Positions 59,393 to 64,000 of a stretch of DNA of 64,000 nucleotides are shown here, piece after piece. Position 1 is the first letter of the stretch. Each line of letters begins with the position of its first letter. The translations under genes were made by a program, and so were the position numbers. The notes beneath the pieces were generated by a model, which was given only the letters and a program-made list of their open reading frames with translations, made no database searches and was not told where the DNA came from. Source of the DNA: Eubacteriales bacterium. Lineage in GTDB: Bacteria > Bacillota > Clostridia > Oscillospirales > CAG-272. The DNA is taken from NCBI GenBank assembly GCA_045650025.1, contig JAZRQR010000157.1, positions 12,682 through 76,681 on the forward strand. Reading direction: 5' to 3'.

Positions 59393-60049
59393 TTACGCAC
59401 CTCCGAGCAGCTCGCGCAGGCGCTCCATGATCTTTTTCTCCTCGCGCGAGACCTTGACCTGCGAGAGTCCGAGCGCCATTGCCACCTGCTGCTGGGTCAT
59501 GTTGCGCCAGTAGCGGAGCAGCACGATCTTGCGCCAAAGTGGGTCAAGCTGCCCGATGGCTTGCGAAAGTGCAAGCCTGTCCAGCATGCGTTCGGTATCG
59601 TCCGCGCTGTCGCGGTCGGGCAACGTGCCCTCCAGCGTCAAGCCGTCCTCGTGCACGGTTTCGGAAAGCGATGACACGGGTGCAACCGCGTCCATTGCCA
59701 CCGCTGCATCCTCCACCGACACACCGCAAAGCTTGGCAAGCTCGCAGATCGAAGGGTCTCTCCCGGTCTGCGCAATGATACGATTGCGCTCGCCCAGCAG
59801 CACCGCGCCCATGCGCTTGTATTCCCTGCCCACCTTGATAGGTCCGTCATCGCGCAGGTGCTTGCGGATCTCGCCCACGATCAAGGGCACGGCATAGGTG
59901 GAAAACGCGGTGCCGCGCTCTACGTCAAAGCTGCGAATGGCCTTGAGCATACCAATGGTGCCGATCTGCACCAGATCCTCATATTCGGTACCTCGGTCTC
60001 TGAATTTGATGGCAACGCTACGCACCAGCGGCATGTTGTCCACCACCAA
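59393..60049 (-). CDS. sigF: Sporulation sigma factor SigF (minimum extent; conserved N-terminal residues continue upstream without a canonical start, see findings)
   Basis: The track ORF starts at a TTG. It contains LVRSVAIKFRDRGTEYEDLVQIGTIGMLKAIRSFDVERGTAFSTYAVPLIVGEIRKHLRDDGPIKV, and region 4 is MTQQQVAMALGLSQVKVSREEKKIMERL. The operon order is spoIIAA-spoIIAB-sigF. Confidence 0.85.
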   Translation of the reverse strand: MVVDNMPLVRSVAIKFRDRGTEYEDLVQIGTIGMLKAIRSFDVERGTAFSTYAVPLIVGEIRKHLRDDGPIKVGREYKRMGAVLLGERNRIIAQTGRDPSICELAKLCGVSVEDAAVAMDAVAPVSSLSETVHEDGLTLEGTLPDRDSADDTERMLDRLALSQAIGQLDPLWRKIVLLRYWRNMTQQQVAMALGLSQVKVSREEKKIMERLRELLGGA

Positions 60050-60161
60050 CCGCTCCAGCGCCTGCTCGTCTCCCTGCCCTGCCCGGATCAGCAGCTCCCG
60101 ATTCTTTTCAATGCGCTCCTGCGCAACGGTATTTTCGATATTGATCCCCCCCTGTTTTACG

Positions 60162-60626
60162 TTATGTAGAGAGATCCAGCTCGGACAGAACCTTAACCAT
60201 AGTCACCGTAGTCCCCTTGCCCGGCCGCGAGGAGACGCGCACGCCATCGGTAAAGCTTTCCATGACCGTAAAGCCCATGCCGCTGCGCTCCCCTGCCGCA
60301 TCGGTGGTGAAAAGCGGCTGCCGTGCTTGCTTGACGTCGGCAATTCCGCACCCCTTGTCCGCCACCTCAATGCGCACGATGCGCCCCTGGCAAAGCTTGA
60401 CTGTCATTTTCACCTGCCCCACGGCATCGCGATAGCCGTGCACAATGCAGTTGGTGACCGCCTCGGACACCGCGCACTTGATGTCTGCCAGCTCGGTGGC
60501 AGTGGGATCGAGCTGAGAGACGAACGCCGCAGCAGCCGCGCGCGCCATGCCCTCGTTGACCGAAAGTGAGGGCAGCTTGATCTGCATTTTGTTGACCACC
60601 TTGGCGTTGAATTTGTTCTGCTTCAT
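60162..60626 (-). CDS. spoIIAB: Anti-sigma F factor (serine kinase) SpoIIAB
   Basis: Track ORF of 154 aa with VSEAVTNCIVHGY (N-box) and GMGFTVMESF (G-box). It has an ATGA overlap with spoIIAA. Confidence 0.9.
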   Translation of the reverse strand: MKQNKFNAKVVNKMQIKLPSLSVNEGMARAAAAAFVSQLDPTATELADIKCAVSEAVTNCIVHGYRDAVGQVKMTVKLCQGRIVRIEVADKGCGIADVKQARQPLFTTDAAGERSGMGFTVMESFTDGVRVSSRPGKGTTVTMVKVLSELDLST

Positions 60627-61006
60627 TTGAGCACCTCCTTTCTGACCCTGCGCACGCGCGGCTTGTCCGCTGCTCCAGGCTCGGCTTTGGCGCGTTCAAT
60701 GCGCACAACGCGCTCAAGACCCGCGAGCTTCAGGACGCGTTCGACTCCTGCGGTCGGCTCACACACGATCAAGTCGCCGCCGAGCTCTTTCATGAGCGCA
60801 TAACGCCCCATAATCAGACCAAGCCCGGAGGAATCCATAAAATCCACACCCGAAAGATCGAGATAGAGGCGGCGCGGTCGCGTTTTATAAAGCAGCGTAT
60901 CGATTCCGCTGCGCACAGAGACGGCGCTGTGGTGATCGATATCTCCTTTGAGTTTGACGTGGAGGAAAAACCCGATTTCCTCATAAGTAAACGTTGCTCT
61001 GCCCAT
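60623..61006 (-). CDS. spoIIAA: Anti-sigma F factor antagonist SpoIIAA (STAS domain)
   Basis: Track ORF 60623..61057. The start is moved to the ATG at 61006 after AAGGAG. The phosphorylatable-Ser context DLSGVDFMDSSGLGLIMG is present. Confidence 0.85.
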   Translation of the reverse strand: MGRATFTYEEIGFFLHVKLKGDIDHHSAVSVRSGIDTLLYKTRPRRLYLDLSGVDFMDSSGLGLIMGRYALMKELGGDLIVCEPTAGVERVLKLAGLERVVRIERAKAEPGAADKPRVRRVRKEVLK

Positions 61007-61067
61007 GGCGTTGCACTCCTTTGCATTTGATTGAGACAATGATAGCACATCGGGCATAAAAAAAGCG

Positions 61068-61088
61068 TCGCACCCTGTCGGTGCGACG
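61068..61088 (-). terminator. Second terminator hairpin downstream of the EF-G gene (after repeat E)
   Basis: GTCGCACC-ctgtc-GGTGCGAC (61068-61088). On the minus strand it is followed by GCTTTTTTT. Confidence 0.7.
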
Positions 61089-61116
61089 AAAAGATTTTTA
61101 CCAGCCCCTTGTGAAG

Positions 61117-61312
61117 GTTTTTGATCGACTTTTTTGAAAAAAAGCGGGCAATAGATCAGGATGCTTTACATTGAGAAGTTTTTTTCCGTTCTTTTTGGCA
61201 CCACAGGCGCAAAAAGAACCAAAAACGCCGTGGATTATTTCGCTCGTTGCGACGAGCGACCAAGGGCGCTGCCCTTGGAGCCCGCAAACTTTTGAAAAAG
61301 TTTGATCAAAAC
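61117..61312. repeat. 196-bp nested inverted-repeat element (copy E)
   Basis: The ends GTTTTTGATCGACTTTTTTGAAAA (61117-61140) and CTTTTGAAAAAGTTTGATCAAAAC (61289-61312) are imperfect inverted repeats. Internal hairpins are CCGTTCTTTTTG..CAAAAAGAACC, CGCTCGTtgcgACGAGCG and CCAAGGGCgctGCCCTTGG. Confidence 0.65.
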
Positions 61313-61323
61313 TTTCATCCGTG

Positions 61324-61355
61324 ACAAAAGGGCTACCGCGATGCGGCAGCCCTTT
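61324..61355 (-). terminator. Primary terminator of the EF-G gene
   Basis: AAAGGGCTaCCGCgatGCGGcAGCCCTTT (61327-61355). The minus-strand T-run is TTTTGTCAC. It lies 14 nt after the stop. Confidence 0.7.
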
Positions 61356-61368
61356 CACAATCATTAAA

Positions 61369-63423
61369 TTACTCAGCCTTCTTAGCCTCGTCAATTACCT
61401 TCTGTGCGATATTTGCGGGTACTACGTCGTAACCGGTTACTTCGAACTCAAAGGATGCACGACCCTGGCTCATTGCGCGCAGGTCGATGGGGTAAGAGAC
61501 CAGCTCGGACTTGGGAGCAACTGCCTCAACGACCGTGTAGCCGGGCTTGTTCTCTGCAGGGTTCATACCCATAACGTTACCGCGGCGCTTCGGAATGTCA
61601 CTCATAACGTCACCAACCATACCGTCCGGAACAGTGATGAACAGGCTGCCTACAGGCTCAAGCAGTACGGGCGCGGACATTTCCAGGCACTTCTTGTATG
61701 CCAGGTTGGCAGCAGTACGGAAAGAAAGTTCATCCGAGTCAACTGCGTGGTAAGAACCGTCATACAGCTCAGCCTTGAGGTTAACCATGGGATAACCTGC
61801 AATACCCTTTGCCATAGCATCCTGCAGACCCTTTTCAACTGCGGGAATGAAGTTCTTGGGAACGGAACCGCCAACGGTTGCGTCAATAAAGGTCAGACCT
61901 TCCTCATCGCCGGGAGCGAATCTTACCTTAACGTGACCGTACTGACCGGAACCACCGTTCTGCTTCTTGTGCTTACCTTCCACGTCACACTTCTTGGTGA
62001 TCTTTTCACGGTAAGGAATCTTGGGAGTGTCCAGCTTGATCTGTACGCCGAACTTGCCCTTCATCTTAGCAGCCAGAACGCTCAGGTGCATGTCACCCAG
62101 ACCGTAGATCAGCATCTGCTTGGTCTCGGGGTTGTTTTCATACTTCAAGGTCAGGTCTTCCTCGGTCATTCTTGCGATTGCCTGGGAGATCTTGCTCTCG
62201 TCCTTAGCAGTTGCGGGCATCATAGCCTGGCACATGTAAGGATTGGGGTACTTGGTAGCAGCGTATGCAGCAGTACCTGCGGACAGAGTGTCGTTGGTGT
62301 TGGTTTCGGACAGCTTTGCAACCATACCGATGTCACCGCAAGCCAGCTCGTCAACCTCGGTCTGCTTGTTACCCTTCATAATGTAGATGTGCGCCATCTT
62401 TTCCTGAACGTCGTTGGTCAGGTTGGTCAGCACCATATCTCTCTTGACAGTACCGCTCATGACCTTGAACAAGGACATCTTGCCAAGGAACGGGTCAGCG
62501 ATGGTCTTGAATACGAACAGAGCGGGATCACCCTCAACGTCGATCTTGATCTCGTTGCCGTCAGCCAGCTTTTCCACCTTCTTCGCGGTGTGTCTGGGGA
62601 AGGAGTCCACGATCGCGTCCATGACTGCAACAACGCCCCAAAGTCTGGTAGCAGCGCCGCAGAATACGGGAGTGATGGTACCGTCGATAATACCCTGGTG
62701 CATAGCTTCCAGAGATTCTTCCTTGGTGAACTCTTCACCGTCGAAGAACTTCATCATCATTTCATCGGAAGTACCTGCCAGAGCCTCCTTAAGAACCTCC
62801 TGGTATCTCTCTGCGTTTGCTTCAAGCTCAGCGGTCATTGCGGTCTCGGTTCTCTTGCCGCTATCATCATATACGTAAGCCTTCATGTCGATCAGGTCGA
62901 TCATGGTGATATCCTTACCGTTCTTACCAACGGGAATGAATACAGGGCACAGGGAGTTGCCGAACTTTTCGTGCAGCTCTGCAAAGGTCTTGTTGAAGTG
63001 AGCGTCCAGATCGTCGCACTTGTTGATGAAGAATGCCTTCGGGATGCCCATTGCGCAAGCCTTATCCCAAGCCAGCTCAGTACCAACCTCAAGACCTGCC
63101 TTACCGTCAACCATGATCAGAGCAGCGTCCGCTACGCGAACAGCCTGGTTTACTTCACCCTCGAAATCGAGGTAACCGGGAGCGTCGATCACGTTGATCT
63201 TAATATCTTTCCAGAAAACGTGTGCCAAAGACGCGGACAGCGAGAAGCCTCTTGCCTTTTCTTCTGCGTCAAAGTCGCAAACGGTGTTACCGTCGGTGGT
63301 CTTACCCATACGGTCAATGCCGCCGGATACGTACAGCATAGACTCTGCAAGAGAGGTCTTGCCCGAGCCGCCGTGACCCATCAGGGCAACGTTTCTGATT
63401 TGCTTGGTGTTAAAAGTAGCCAT
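61369..63423 (-). CDS. Elongation factor G family GTPase (EF-G paralogue with GHGGSGKT P-loop)
   Basis: Track ORF 61369..63483. The start is moved to MATFNTKQIRNVALMGHGGSGKTSLAESMLY (63423). It has DAPGYLDF and NKCD motifs and the five-domain length (684 aa). Confidence 0.88.
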   Translation of the reverse strand: MATFNTKQIRNVALMGHGGSGKTSLAESMLYVSGGIDRMGKTTDGNTVCDFDAEEKARGFSLSASLAHVFWKDIKINVIDAPGYLDFEGEVNQAVRVADAALIMVDGKAGLEVGTELAWDKACAMGIPKAFFINKCDDLDAHFNKTFAELHEKFGNSLCPVFIPVGKNGKDITMIDLIDMKAYVYDDSGKRTETAMTAELEANAERYQEVLKEALAGTSDEMMMKFFDGEEFTKEESLEAMHQGIIDGTITPVFCGAATRLWGVVAVMDAIVDSFPRHTAKKVEKLADGNEIKIDVEGDPALFVFKTIADPFLGKMSLFKVMSGTVKRDMVLTNLTNDVQEKMAHIYIMKGNKQTEVDELACGDIGMVAKLSETNTNDTLSAGTAAYAATKYPNPYMCQAMMPATAKDESKISQAIARMTEEDLTLKYENNPETKQMLIYGLGDMHLSVLAAKMKGKFGVQIKLDTPKIPYREKITKKCDVEGKHKKQNGGSGQYGHVKVRFAPGDEEGLTFIDATVGGSVPKNFIPAVEKGLQDAMAKGIAGYPMVNLKAELYDGSYHAVDSDELSFRTAANLAYKKCLEMSAPVLLEPVGSLFITVPDGMVGDVMSDIPKRRGNVMGMNPAENKPGYTVVEAVAPKSELVSYPIDLRAMSQGRASFEFEVTGYDVVPANIAQKVIDEAKKAE

Positions 63424-63554
63424 GGTAGTGTTCCTTTGTTCCCTTTTCCCCGACCTTTTGCCGGGACGAGGGATCCCTTTCATGTGAATTTATTGCAATA
63501 CGAAATTGTTTTTTCATGTGCAAATATGCGTAAAAATGTACAACATACTATTTT

Positions 63555-63583
63555 ATTATACAGTACCATACGCGATTTTTCAA
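63555..63583 (-). promoter_or_regulatory. Promoter TTGAAA-N17-TATAAT (TG-extended) for the EF-G paralogue
   Basis: The reverse strand reads TTGAAA (plus 63578-63583), 17 nt, TGTATAAT (-10 at plus 63555-63560). The leader is ~125 nt. Confidence 0.65.
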
Positions 63584-63605
63584 GACATTCTATTGATTTT
63601 TTTGC

Positions 63606-63637
63606 AAAGAGGGCGTAAAAATTACGCCCTCTTTTTT
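63606..63637. terminator. Hairpin downstream of the TatD-family gene
   Basis: AGAGGGCGTAA-aaa-TTACGCCCTCT. The T-run is on the plus side and only a short A-run lies on the other side, so the direction is ambiguous. Confidence 0.5.
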
Positions 63638-63654
63638 GTTCATTTTATACAAAT

Positions 63655-64000
63655 TTACAGGATTTTAAACAACCTTTTCGCGTTCGCTTCGGTTGCAAGC
63701 GCAATTTGCTCAACTGCAACTCCATGCAGCTCTGCTTGCATTTGTGCAACCAGATGCATGCGCCCCGAATGATTGATCTGTCCGCGGTACGGGTGCGGCG
63801 AAAGATAGGGGCAATCGGTCTCCAGGAGCAGTCGGTCCAGCGGCACGACACTTGCGGCGCGTCTGACCTTTTCCGCATTTTTGAAGGTCACGGGGCCTCC
63901 GAACGAGAGATACCAGCCCAGCTTGAGAAGCTCCTTTGCCATCTCATCGCTGCCCGAATAGCTGTGGAACACACCGCGCACATCGGGATACTGCTTGATC
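63655..64000 (-). CDS. TatD-family metal-dependent hydrolase, 5' end beyond the window
   Basis: Track ORF 63655..63981. The frame stays open to nt 64000 (…IKQYPDVRGVFHSYSG). The C-terminal pattern is LLLETDCPYLSPHPYRGQINHSG. Confidence 0.85.
   Translation of the reverse strand, partial: IKQYPDVRGVFHSYSGSDEMAKELLKLGWYLSFGGPVTFKNAEKVRRAASVVPLDRLLLETDCPYLSPHPYRGQINHSGRMHLVAQMQAELHGVAVEQIALATEANAKRLFKIL

Noticed and set aside
1-64000. Search for mobile-element, prophage or defence-system hallmarks (integrase, transposase, recombinase, restriction/modification, Cas, toxin domains)
   Set aside because: No ORF in any frame shows the characteristic motifs. The accessory-looking content is limited to surface proteins and small non-autonomous repeats.

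Overview
This is a chromosomal-looking 64-kb segment from a spore-forming, moderately GC-rich Clostridia-class Firmicute. Gene content and protein style suggest a gut Oscillospiraceae/Ruminococcaceae-type anaerobe, but that is inference only. I call 48 protein-coding genes. Two of them run off the window edges and are missing or truncated in the supplied ORF track, and two small ones are hidden below or inside track ORFs. I found no rRNA, tRNA, CRISPR array, transposase or integrase.

Gene order, left to right:
- 1-5.4 kb: a >1,247-aa Cys-rich secreted repeat protein, next to a membrane-embedded LuxR-type regulator.
- 5.7-16.8 kb: transport and housekeeping genes (YeiH-like, EamA, XRE regulator, uridine-kinase-like, MBL-fold lipoprotein, purC, YhaM/CyuA-like, YitT-like).
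- 16.9-21.7 kb: a 1,617-aa bitopic surface protein with a cytoplasmic uL15-like tail.
- 22.6-38.7 kb: a thematically coherent nucleic-acid-scavenging island and my top candidate for an undescribed system. It holds a UshA/CpdB-type phosphoesterase lipoprotein, an 879-aa ECF-sigma fusion, two tandem DHH/NrnA-like enzymes plus SurE, and a six-gene operon. That operon joins a MalFGK-type ABC importer to a staphylococcal-nuclease lipoprotein and a multi-OB-fold lipoprotein.
- 38.8-44.1 kb: RDD, HAD, an anchored glycosidase-like protein, and Dus.
- 45-55.5 kb: spoIIR, rbfA and a glycan locus. The locus has an MFS-GH2 fusion ORF, a DUF4091/GH123-like enzyme, a SASA-type esterase and two orphan tandem binding lipoproteins.
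- 55.7-64 kb: ddl, prmC, a YhbD-like/bactofilin-like pair, spoIIAA-spoIIAB-sigF, an EF-G paralogue and a TatD fragment.

Non-coding highlights:
- Five 200-280-bp nested inverted-repeat (MITE/REP-like) elements sit in terminator zones.
- An exact TGTGCTATAAT extended -10 recurs four times.
- There are candidate operator repeats upstream of the surface-protein operon and around the yhbD-like promoter.

All functional calls come from motif recognition by eye. No database search was run.
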